DNA from: Propionibacteriaceae bacterium
GTDB taxonomy: Bacteria > Actinomycetota > Actinomycetes > Propionibacteriales > Propionibacteriaceae
NCBI GenBank assembly: GCA_031256725.1
Contig: JAIRQE010000004.1
Location: 90,001-122,000 of the forward strand
Length of the DNA: 32,000 bases
Direction: 5' to 3'
Part shown: piece by piece, positions 24,566-32,000 of the stretch
Layout of the letters: each line of letters starts with the position of its first letter
Position numbering within the stretch: the stretch's first letter is position 1
Made by a program: the position numbers and the translations under genes
Notes under the pieces: generated by a model
Databases searched by the model: none
Told to the model about the DNA's origin: nothing
What the model saw: only the letters and a program-made list of their open reading frames with translations

Positions 24566-25336
24566 CTACTGCTCAGCCGCATCGCGCAAGACCGAGAAGG
24601 GAATATCATTCCCTGTCATGAATTTAACCTGACCAACTGCTTGGGCTGCCAGGAGGTCCAAACCTGAGAAAACCCGAGCCCCGCATTCCTGGCCAAACTG
24701 GGCCAATTGAGTGGGCCAAGGATGATAGAGAACATCCACAATCACCTGTGGCGACACCCCTTGAACCCATTCAAGGGCGGTGGAGCTAGGGATTGTGGAG
24801 ATAAGAAGGTCAACTGTGGATTCAGGTGGAACCACCTCTATCCCCCACGTCTTCGCATCCTCACTCACCTGGGTACTCTTGACATGATCTCTTGCTTGAA
24901 CCTGGACCCTGGCAAAACCTTGGCGTGCCAGAGCAAAGATTGAGGATCGTGCCGTTGCACCATTTCCGAGCACCCTCACCTCAGACTCGGGATCGATCTC
25001 GGATAGGAGCATCTGTACTCCGGTCACATCCGTATTGAAGATCCTCGTCGTCTGTGGGGAAGAAGGAGTACCGTCGAAGACCACTGTGTTGCCGACACCG
25101 AGAGCCTCGACAACTGGATCAGGGGTACCAAGGGCCAGGATTGCCTCCTTACAGGGCATTGTTACCGACAGGCCGCGCCATGTTGGATCTAACCCTGCAA
25201 CGAAATCTTTGACTTCTGAGGCTTCGACTTGGTGAGCAGAGTACTCCCAGTCAAGCCCTAGCCACGCATAGGCAGCTTGGTGTATCTGCGGTGAACGAGA
25301 ATGGTCAATGGGTGACCCTATGACCCCAACTCTCAC
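24566..25336 (-). CDS. aroE: shikimate dehydrogenase
   Basis: VIGSPIDHSRSPQIHQAAY, LSVTMPCK, NTD and VLGNGATARS. Trimmed from 25363 to GTG 25336, which forms GTGA with the mltG stop. Confidence 0.9.
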   Translation of the reverse strand: MRVGVIGSPIDHSRSPQIHQAAYAWLGLDWEYSAHQVEASEVKDFVAGLDPTWRGLSVTMPCKEAILALGTPDPVVEALGVGNTVVFDGTPSSPQTTRIFNTDVTGVQMLLSEIDPESEVRVLGNGATARSSIFALARQGFARVQVQARDHVKSTQVSEDAKTWGIEVVPPESTVDLLISTIPSSTALEWVQGVSPQVIVDVLYHPWPTQLAQFGQECGARVFSGLDLLAAQAVGQVKFMTGNDIPFSVLRDAAEQ

Positions 25337-26466
25337 TTGCAGGCTTCTGGATTGGCGCGACACCAGGCCTGGTATTGCGCAACATTCTTCAAGTGTTCGT
25401 TATAGGTATCAGCAAACTTGGTTTCACCTGTGAGAAGATCGACAGCTACCCAGAATGCCTGGGTTCCTGGAGTCGGATTCACTGCTGCCTCCAAAGAGGC
25501 CCTCCCAGGCAAACTAATGGGAGTGGGAGGTAACCCTTGATGTATGTAAGTGTTGTAAGGAGTATCCGTCTTCAAAGCATACTCATCAAGGTTGGCATAC
25601 CCCGTTCTATTAAGACCATAGTTCACTGAGGTGTCTATTTCGAGTCGGTGACCTGTTATGTCTGTCTCAAGACGGTTATAGATTGCTTGGGCCACCATCC
25701 CGCGGTATTCATCCTTATTCACTTCCTTCTCAATAATGCTCGCAACAATAAGCGCTTGATAAGGGGAATAACCGAGTGCTTCCGCTTTCGCGGCAAATTG
25801 GAGACTCTCCAGAACCTTATTGAACTCAATCGCCATACGCTTGAAAATTGCTTTAGGATTCTCAGTTTCTTGGGGTGGATTCAGATGATAGGTATCCGGG
25901 AAGAGTACTCCTTCAAGACTGCCATTGATGGGAAGGGTCACACCAATCAGTGACGGATCTTCCAGGATCAGCGCCATCTCTGTGTCGATTTCCTCCTGGG
26001 TTATCCCGAATTGCTCAATCAGAAGAGGGTAAACCTCGGTCACTCTGAGCCCTTCGCGGACTGTGAACTTAACATAGACACGGTTGGCTGGTGTGGTGAG
26101 CATTTCAGCGGCAAGCCTTGCAGGGATATGGGTCTTCACCTTCCATGTACCCGCCTGAGGACCATCGGTGATCTTGAGTGCTTCCTTCTCGAAAAGAGCT
26201 GGATCCTTGATGGCGTCAACACTCATCAATGTATCAGCCACATTTCCCCATCCTTGACCATCACTAATGATGATGTCGACCTCTTCATCGCCTGTACCAA
26301 TGTAGTCTTCCTGTTGCATCCAATCCATGTAGGCGTCGTATCCCTTCCAGGATACGAAAGCCAATCCAGAGAGCAGAATGATGAAGCTCATTGCCACAGC
26401 GACAGCGGATTTGGCACGCCTTTGCCCCTCCGGTGCAATCCAACTCACAGGCTTGTTCTCATCCAT
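25333..26466 (-). CDS. mltG: endolytic murein transglycosylase MltG (YceG-like)
   Basis: N-terminal TM helix (VAVAMSFIILLSGLAFVSW), LEGVLFPDTY, ASIIEKE and YNTYIHQGLPPTPISLPG. Trimmed to ATG 26466, which is preceded by an AAGGAG SD 5 nt upstream and overlaps the ruvX stop by 8 nt. Confidence 0.92.
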   Translation of the reverse strand: MDENKPVSWIAPEGQRRAKSAVAVAMSFIILLSGLAFVSWKGYDAYMDWMQQEDYIGTGDEEVDIIISDGQGWGNVADTLMSVDAIKDPALFEKEALKITDGPQAGTWKVKTHIPARLAAEMLTTPANRVYVKFTVREGLRVTEVYPLLIEQFGITQEEIDTEMALILEDPSLIGVTLPINGSLEGVLFPDTYHLNPPQETENPKAIFKRMAIEFNKVLESLQFAAKAEALGYSPYQALIVASIIEKEVNKDEYRGMVAQAIYNRLETDITGHRLEIDTSVNYGLNRTGYANLDEYALKTDTPYNTYIHQGLPPTPISLPGRASLEAAVNPTPGTQAFWVAVDLLTGETKFADTYNEHLKNVAQYQAWCRANPEACK

Positions 26467-26932
26467 GGTTCTCCTTGTTTTCGACCTGTTTTCCGATGGT
26501 TCTTCCCTCCCTGAGGGCACACAACACTGATTCTAGGATACCCACTGCAGCCTGGGTATCGATGATTTCCCTTGAATTCTTAGCATTTCTCCCGGCTGCA
26601 CGTAGCTTCGAATGGGCCTCAGCGCTCGACATTCTCTCGTCCACGAGCCACACCGGAACATCCACATGATTAGCCAACAACTGGGCCTGAGCCAGGATCT
26701 TTTCGGCGGCTATGCCTGCCTGACCACTAAGCGTGAGAGGATATCCGATAATGAGCCCGACCCCGTTGTACTCCTGAAGCAACTCGACCACACGCGAAAT
26801 GTACCCATCTTGGGCTGGGATGGTTTCGACAGGGAAGGCAAGGATCCGCCCCGAATCGCAGGCGGCTACTCCTATACGAGCCGACCCAAGATCCAGTGCG
26901 AGGAGTACACCTGCGGTTTCAGCTAAGCCCAT
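26459..26932 (-). CDS. ruvX: YqgF/RuvX-family putative pre-16S rRNA nuclease / Holliday junction resolvase-like protein
   Basis: LALDLGSARIGVAACD, IIGYPLTLSG and VDERMSS. The start overlaps the alaS stop by 14 nt. Confidence 0.9.
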   Translation of the reverse strand: MGLAETAGVLLALDLGSARIGVAACDSGRILAFPVETIPAQDGYISRVVELLQEYNGVGLIIGYPLTLSGQAGIAAEKILAQAQLLANHVDVPVWLVDERMSSAEAHSKLRAAGRNAKNSREIIDTQAAVGILESVLCALREGRTIGKQVENKENHG

Positions 26933-29588
26933 TCTTCACCGCTTCGAGGGCCTTGGGGGCTGCACTTCCATCCGCGCCACCACCTTGGGCAAGGTCAGCG
27001 GAGCCACCACCGCGACCACCCATCGCAGCACTAGCGAGACCAACGAGGGTACCTGCAGCCAGTCCCTGTTCGCGGGCTTCAGCAGTGGTAGCCACAACGA
27101 CCGACGGCTTCGGGGTGGTTGAGATGAGACAGACGACACCAGATGTTGAACCCAGTCGGGATCGTACCTCCATGGCCAGGTTTCTCAGATCCATGCCTGG
27201 GGCAGGATCAATGGCTGCCACAAGACGGGTCTTACCACAGTCCTGTCCTGTTGTTACCAGATCTGCAGCGAGTGTTGCCGCCTGAGCATTCTTGAGATCG
27301 GTGATGGTCTTCTCAGCTTGTTTGAGCTGTGCCACAAGCTTGGAGACTCTGTCCTCCAACTGGGTTGGTTGTACCTTGAGGGAATCGGACAGTGCCGCAA
27401 CAATGGCCCTCTCGGCAGCCAGTTGATTGAAGGCATCCGCTGATACGAGAGCCTCGACACGGCGTACGCCTGAACCAACAGAGCTCTCTGAGATCAGGCT
27501 CAACAGGCCAATTTTCGCAGTGGATTGAACGTGGGTACCACCGCAAAGCTCCCGTGACCAGGGGCCAGCGAGTTCCACCATGCGTACGATGTCGCCGTAC
27601 TTCTCACCGAACATAGCCTGGGCGCCAAGAGCTTTCGCCTCGGCAATCGGCATCTCGGTTGCGGTGACCTCCCAGTCGGCCCGGATCGCCTCATTGGCGA
27701 TACCTTCAAGTTCCTGCTTCATGTCTTCGCTCATCCCTGAGAGGGAGTTGAAGTCGAAGCGGAGGTACCCTGGCTTATTGTAGGAACCCGCCTGATGGGT
27801 CTGGGGACCTAGGATCTGGCGCAGTGCAGCATTCACGATGTGGGTGGCTGTATGTGCTTGACAGGCACCGAAACGTGCTGGGCCATCAACTTCTGCGATG
27901 ACTTCAGCGCCACGCTCGGCCGTACCGTCAGTGATGACACCACGGTGAACGATCAGACCAGGCATGGGCGCTTGTACATCAGCAATATCCACGCTAAGCC
28001 CAGCGGCAGTGATGAGACCTGTGTCTGCATCCTGGCCACCAGCCTCCGCATAGAAGGGGGTCTCGGCGAGTACGATTTCAACCTCGTCACCCACGGAAGC
28101 GGTTTGTACCTCAACTCCATCCTTGATCAAACCCAGGATCGTGGAACTCAGCGTGAAGTCAGTATGTCCACGGAAGATCGACGCCCCAGCCTTCCGCAAT
28201 TCAGCGTAGGCAGTCTCGGATTTCTGGTTGCCCTTCTTGAGTTTGGCATCAGCCTTGGCGCGTGCCTTCTGCTCAGCCATGAGGGTACGGAACCCCTCAA
28301 TATCGACGGTAAGACCGGCCTCCTCAGCCATCTCTGTTGTCAAGTCTATGGGGAATCCATAAGTGTCGTGGAGCTTGAATGCCTGGTCACCGGGAAGGGA
28401 TGTTTGGGTTGTCTTCTTCATCTCGGTGACAGCCATGTCGAAGAGTTGGGTACCCGAAGTAAGGGTCTTTGTGAAGGCCTCCTCTTCAGCGGTTGCGACT
28501 GCTTCAATGCGTGCCCACTGATCCTCAATCTCTGGATAGGAGGACACCATCTGCGCTTTGGAAACATTCAACAGTTCCATCACGACCGGATCTGCCACCC
28601 CGAGCAGTCTCATCGAACGTACGGATCGTCTCATGAGACGACGCAGAACATATCCCCTCGCCTCATTTCCTGGTGTGACACCATCGGTCATGAGCATGAG
28701 GGAAGAACGAATATGGTCAGCAACAACTCTGAGCCTGATGTCGTCTTGGGGATCGGCTCCGTACTTCTTGCCTGAGAGTTCTGAGGCGCGAGCAATCACA
28801 GGATAAACCTGGTCGATCTCGTACATATTCTCCACACCCTGAAGCAGGAATGCTGTTCTTTCCAATCCCATGCCGGTGTCGATGTTTTTGGTGGGGAGTT
28901 GGGCTCGTACATCAAAATCGTCTTTTTGGCGTACCTCAGACAGATCCTCTGTTTGGAAGACGAGGTTCCAGATCTCTAGGAATCGATCCTCGTCGGCCTC
29001 AGGGCCACCATCGGGACCATAGGCAGGGCCACGATCAATGTAGATCTCCGAGCAGGGGCCACCGGGGCCGGGTACACCCATGTGCCAGTAATTGTCTTTG
29101 AGCCCACGTTGCTGGATCTGACTAGGGTTGACACCCACCTTTGTCCACAGGGTGCGGGCTTCAACATCGCCGTTGGGGTAATCCGGGTGAACACCAGGAC
29201 CAAGGATCGTCACCCAAACCTTGGAGGGATCGAAACCATAGTTGCCGTCTACTTGGGAACCGGTGACGAGCTCCCAGGCGTACTCAATCGCACCCTGCTT
29301 GAAGTAATCCCCGAAAGCGAAGTTGCCATTCATCTGAAAGAAGGTACCGTGGCGTGTGGTCCTACCCACCTCATCAATATCGAGGGTACGTACGCACTTT
29401 TGGACGCTGACTGCACGCTTGAAAGGAGCCGGCTCAACCCCCGTGAAATAGGCCTTGAAGGGAACCATCCCGGCGTTCACGAACAACAATGTAGGGTCGT
29501 TATAAAGCAGGGAGGTTGAGGGTACGACCGTGTGGTCGTAGCGCGCGAAGAAGTCGAGAAAGCGACGACGAATCTCAGCGGTGTCCAT
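26919..29588 (-). CDS. alaS: alanine--tRNA ligase
   Basis: 889 aa. IRRRFLDFFARYDHTVVPSTSL, FVNAGMVPFK, RHGTFFQMNGNFAFGDYFK, the editing-domain HxxxH (HTATHIVNAAL) and CGGTH. Confidence 0.97.
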   Translation of the reverse strand: MDTAEIRRRFLDFFARYDHTVVPSTSLLYNDPTLLFVNAGMVPFKAYFTGVEPAPFKRAVSVQKCVRTLDIDEVGRTTRHGTFFQMNGNFAFGDYFKQGAIEYAWELVTGSQVDGNYGFDPSKVWVTILGPGVHPDYPNGDVEARTLWTKVGVNPSQIQQRGLKDNYWHMGVPGPGGPCSEIYIDRGPAYGPDGGPEADEDRFLEIWNLVFQTEDLSEVRQKDDFDVRAQLPTKNIDTGMGLERTAFLLQGVENMYEIDQVYPVIARASELSGKKYGADPQDDIRLRVVADHIRSSLMLMTDGVTPGNEARGYVLRRLMRRSVRSMRLLGVADPVVMELLNVSKAQMVSSYPEIEDQWARIEAVATAEEEAFTKTLTSGTQLFDMAVTEMKKTTQTSLPGDQAFKLHDTYGFPIDLTTEMAEEAGLTVDIEGFRTLMAEQKARAKADAKLKKGNQKSETAYAELRKAGASIFRGHTDFTLSSTILGLIKDGVEVQTASVGDEVEIVLAETPFYAEAGGQDADTGLITAAGLSVDIADVQAPMPGLIVHRGVITDGTAERGAEVIAEVDGPARFGACQAHTATHIVNAALRQILGPQTHQAGSYNKPGYLRFDFNSLSGMSEDMKQELEGIANEAIRADWEVTATEMPIAEAKALGAQAMFGEKYGDIVRMVELAGPWSRELCGGTHVQSTAKIGLLSLISESSVGSGVRRVEALVSADAFNQLAAERAIVAALSDSLKVQPTQLEDRVSKLVAQLKQAEKTITDLKNAQAATLAADLVTTGQDCGKTRLVAAIDPAPGMDLRNLAMEVRSRLGSTSGVVCLISTTPKPSVVVATTAEAREQGLAAGTLVGLASAAMGGRGGGSADLAQGGGADGSAAPKALEAVKNGLS

Positions 29589-29655
29589 GATGTCCTTCAG
29601 GTTAGGTGGTTAAAGAAAAGTGAATCAGGGCAAACCGACCCACAATTGCGTAATT

Positions 29656-31050
29656 CTACCCTGTCTCGGACTGAGAACCATCCCTGGATCCATCTCTACC
29701 CAGGAGGTGGTCAATCGCGGCAAGTCTTTCTGCAATTTGAACCTCGTGTCCATGGGTTGTGGGAATGTAATAGATGACGTCCACAAGGTCATCTGGAAGG
29801 TACTGCTGTTCAGCCACCCCATGGGGATAATCGTGGGCATAACGGTAATCCACCCCATGCCCATAATTCTTCGCCGAAGAATAATGGGCATCCCTCAAGT
29901 GGAGTGGCACAGGCCCACCCCTCCCATGACTCACATCAGCCAAAGCAGAGTCAATCGCAGTAATCACAGCATTCGACTTGGGTGCCGTCGCACACGCAAT
30001 GACGGCATGGGCGAGAATGATTCTCCCTTCAGGCATCCCGATCATCTGTACAGCCTGAGCCGCTGCCACACACAGTTGGAGAATCTGCGGTGAGGCCATC
30101 CCAATGTCCTCACTAGCAAGGATCATGAGTCTTCGCGCAATGAATCGTGGGTCCTCCCCCGCCGAAATCATCCTGGCCAGATAGTGGAGTGCCGCTTGCA
30201 CGTCTGAACCTCGAACGGATTTGATGAAGGCACTAATAATGTCATAGTGCATATCCCCATCAGCGTCGTACCTCACTGCCGCGCGATCCACCGCCTGGGA
30301 CAGGATCTCTGCAGTGATGGTGGTTGCATCCAAGGCTTCAGCGGTTGCTGCAGCTTCCTCCACATAGGTGAGTACACGCCGAGCATCCCCGCCCCCAAGG
30401 TGGATAAGGTTTGCCCGAGCCTCCTGGTCTATGGCGAATTTCCCCCCAGACGAGGTACGAATCCCCCGCTCATCGTTGAGGGCTCGATCCACGAGAACAC
30501 CCATGTCATCCAGGGTCAATGGGTTGAGAGTCAACAGGAGGGACCGAGACAGCAGTGGTGCGATCACTGAGAAAGAGGGATTCTCAGTCGTCGCCGCAAT
30601 GAGTGTCACGACGCGATTCTCCACTGCGGGAAGGAGTACATCCTGTTGAGCCTTAGAAAACCTGTGAACCTCATCAATAAACAGCACAGTCTTCTTACCA
30701 CGAGCTAATTCCGCTCGGGCACAATCAATCTCGGCGCGTACCTCCTTGACACCAGCAGTTACAGCGCTCAGTTCAACAAACCGAGACCCTGTCGTATGAG
30801 ACACTACTGCGGCGATCGTCGTCTTCCCAACCCCTGGTGGCCCCCACAGGAATACCGACATGGGTTGCCCCTCAGCGAGACGTCGAAGAGGAGACCCCGG
30901 CCCCAAGAGATGACCCTGCCCCACGATCTCATCAATACAACGAGGCCGCAGACGTACCGCCAGCGGCGCATGCACAGTAACATCCCCCAAAGACCCCGTC
31001 CTGCGAGGAGATGGGGTGATATTCCCGAAAAGATCCTCAATCATCATCAT
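29656..31050 (-). CDS. rarA: replication-associated recombination protein A (RarA/MgsA AAA+ ATPase)
   Basis: PLAVRLRP, GPPGVGKTTIA, LFIDEVHRFSKAQQD, IAATTENPSF, and the C-terminal MgsA domain (HYDIISAFIKSVRGSD, YLARM, GEDPRFIARRL). Three consecutive ATG codons lie at the start. Confidence 0.93.
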   Translation of the reverse strand: MMMIEDLFGNITPSPRRTGSLGDVTVHAPLAVRLRPRCIDEIVGQGHLLGPGSPLRRLAEGQPMSVFLWGPPGVGKTTIAAVVSHTTGSRFVELSAVTAGVKEVRAEIDCARAELARGKKTVLFIDEVHRFSKAQQDVLLPAVENRVVTLIAATTENPSFSVIAPLLSRSLLLTLNPLTLDDMGVLVDRALNDERGIRTSSGGKFAIDQEARANLIHLGGGDARRVLTYVEEAAATAEALDATTITAEILSQAVDRAAVRYDADGDMHYDIISAFIKSVRGSDVQAALHYLARMISAGEDPRFIARRLMILASEDIGMASPQILQLCVAAAQAVQMIGMPEGRIILAHAVIACATAPKSNAVITAIDSALADVSHGRGGPVPLHLRDAHYSSAKNYGHGVDYRYAHDYPHGVAEQQYLPDDLVDVIYYIPTTHGHEVQIAERLAAIDHLLGRDGSRDGSQSETG

Positions 31051-31071
31051 TACCTGAAGCCCATCTTAGTA

Positions 31072-31112
31072 GGAGTGTGTCTTAGGGACATGTAGTCACC
31101 AAGACACACTCC
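31072..31112 (-). terminator. perfect 12-bp stem (GGAGTGTGTCTT / AAGACACACTCC) with a 17-nt loop, between the topoisomerase gene and rarA
   Basis: Read directly. The arms are 31072-31083 and 31101-31112. It ends 22 nt upstream of the rarA ATG, and no U-tract follows it on the minus strand. Confidence 0.4.
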
Positions 31113-31160
31113 AGGCACCCTCTTGAATGCCGACCGCCAAACCATTGATACATCAACGAA

Positions 31161-31194
31161 GTGTGGGAGAGAGGGATATCCCACTCCCCCACAC
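31161..31194 (-). terminator. composite hairpin (GTGTGGG / CCCACAC outer stem, GGGATATCCC inner palindrome) 11 nt after the topoisomerase stop
   Basis: Read directly. On the minus strand it is followed by TTCGTT, a weak U-rich tail. Confidence 0.4.
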
Positions 31195-31204
31195 CATCTA
31201 CAAA

Positions 31205-32000
31205 TCAAATATCAATCCGGTCGGCATCCAAGCTATAGGCTCCTTCGATGATGCGCGTACGTCGGGGCCCAACTTCGTTGCCCATCCAGACTTCGAAAGA
31301 GGAGGATGCACTTTCAGCATCGATGATTCGTAAACGACGCAAGGTACGGTGGCGGGGATTCATCGTGGTTTCGGCCAACTGATCAGCATCCATTTCACCG
31401 AGGCCCTTGTACCGTTGGGGTTCCTTGAAACGGATCCCTTTCTTGGTGAGTTCAGCCATCTTGCGTTGGTACTCCGGGTCAGAGTAAGTGTAGATGTACT
31501 TGCCTTGGCCCTTCTTGGGGTTGATGATCTCGAACCGATGCAGGGGTGGGACGGCAGTGAACACTCGACCGGCTTCAATGAGGGGCCGCATGTACTTAAA
31601 GAAGAGCGTGGCGAGCAGGCATCGAATGTGGGCACCATCAGAGTCAGCGTCAGCCATGAAGATGACTTTGCCGTACCGCGCGCGATCCACATCGAAGGTA
31701 CGTCCAGATCCAGCGCCAATCACCTGAATGATGGAGGCACATTCAGCGTTCTTGAGCATGTCGGTCACTGAGGCTTTTTGTACATTGAGGATCTTTCCAC
31801 GAATGGGCATCAGTGCTTGAAACTCGGAGTTTCTGGCGAGTTTGGCTGTCCCCAAAGCCGAATCACCTTCAACGATGAATAACTCTGTTTTCTCGGAATC
31901 CGAGGATCGACAATCGGAGAGTTTGGGTGGAAGCGAGGAGGATGCCAAAGCATTTTTGGCGCGTACCGCTTCACGGTGGGCGCGGGCTTGTACCCTCGTG
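31205..32000 (-). CDS. type IIA DNA topoisomerase subunit B (GyrB/ParE family), C-terminal Toprim and tail part; gene continues beyond the right window edge
   Basis: The track M at 31948 is an internal TTG. The frame stays open to nt 32000 (..VQARAHREAVRAKNALASSSLPPKLSDC..). ELFIVEGDSALGTAK, PIRGKILNV, IMADADSDGAHI and YKGLGEM are the Toprim/GyrB-C signatures. I cannot tell from this fragment whether it is gyrase B or a topo-IV-like second paralogue. Confidence 0.9.
   Translation of the reverse strand, partial: TRVQARAHREAVRAKNALASSSLPPKLSDCRSSDSEKTELFIVEGDSALGTAKLARNSEFQALMPIRGKILNVQKASVTDMLKNAECASIIQVIGAGSGRTFDVDRARYGKVIFMADADSDGAHIRCLLATLFFKYMRPLIEAGRVFTAVPPLHRFEIINPKKGQGKYIYTYSDPEYQRKMAELTKKGIRFKEPQRYKGLGEMDADQLAETTMNPRHRTLRRLRIIDAESASSSFEVWMGNEVGPRRTRIIEGAYSLDADRIDI

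Noticed and set aside
23930-24667. 245-aa plus-strand ORF, and similar ones at 18335-18949, 17769-18272, 7152-7679, 29620-30093, 5042-5443, 22094-22516 and 28976-29519.
   Set aside because: All lie antisense to, or out of frame with, genes carrying strong family signatures (aroC, carB/carA, DUF58/VWA, rarA, yggS, aroKB, alaS). Their compositions are Arg/Ser/Pro-rich, as expected for reverse-frame artefacts.
27840-28775. 311-aa plus-strand ORF, the longest unassigned ORF in the track.
   Set aside because: It lies entirely antisense to the well-supported alaS CDS. It has no SD or promoter-like sequence, and its translation is low-complexity with no recognisable motif. This is a typical shadow ORF opposite a highly expressed gene.
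21041-29643. Recurrence of GTGGGTC(A/G)G in intergenic regions (21041-21049, the complement of 21138-21146, and the complement of 29635-29643) as a possible dispersed repeat family.
   Set aside because: A 7-mer core is expected a few times by chance in 64 kb of two-strand sequence. The third site has no partner arm. This is not enough to claim a family.
1-32000. Scan for CRISPR arrays, IS elements or transposases, rRNA, toxin-antitoxin pairs, restriction-modification or other defence genes, and frameshifted pseudogenes.
   Set aside because: None was seen. Every ORF above ~150 aa on the coding strand has an intact, family-typical sequence, and the only tandem repeat is the in-frame 36-nt protein repeat at 10319-10432.

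Overview
This is a gene-dense chromosomal segment of an actinobacterium. The presence of mshC implies a mycothiol producer. My spot counts of single 60-nt lines give roughly 48-55% GC in most places.

I can support 30 protein-coding genes (two cut by the window edges) and one tRNA(CAU). Left to right they are:
- gltB' - lgt - hisI - mshC (minus strand)
- an S9 peptidase (plus strand)
- a five-gene minus-strand unit, moxR - DUF58 - VWA - VWA - yggS
- a divergently transcribed membrane protein with a repetitive Pro/Ser/Gly tail
- the tRNA(CAU)
- a plus-strand GT2 / GtrA / GT-C glycosylation cassette
- about 16.7 kb of uninterrupted minus-strand housekeeping genes: alaS-ruvX-mltG-aroE-aroC-aroKB-paiB-like, a 237-nt gap, then efp-nusB-carA-carB-pyrD-pyrF
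- rarA and the 3' part of a type IIA topoisomerase B-subunit gene

Genes are joined by ATGA/GTGA/TAATG start-stop overlaps almost everywhere. Several longest-ORF starts in the supplied track are therefore probably too long, and I trimmed them.

I found no CRISPR array, transposase, integrase, toxin-antitoxin pair or recognisable defence island. I cannot honestly point to a clear-cut new multi-gene system.

The observations most worth a second look are:
1. A 106-nt nested inverted-repeat element (21041-21146). It sits in the only sizeable non-coding gap of the long minus-strand array, and its wobble pattern favours folding as minus-strand RNA.
2. yggS translationally coupled to the MoxR-DUF58-VWA-VWA operon, with an odd membrane protein encoded divergently.
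3. The three-component glycosylation cassette behind the tRNA, with a promoter geometry that suggests a leaderless mRNA.
4. Several synteny breaks relative to the conserved actinobacterial layout: no trp genes between hisI and lgt, no aroQ/pepQ, no pyrR-pyrB-pyrC, and pyrD inserted.

All functional calls rest on reading the translated ORFs for family motifs. No database search was run.
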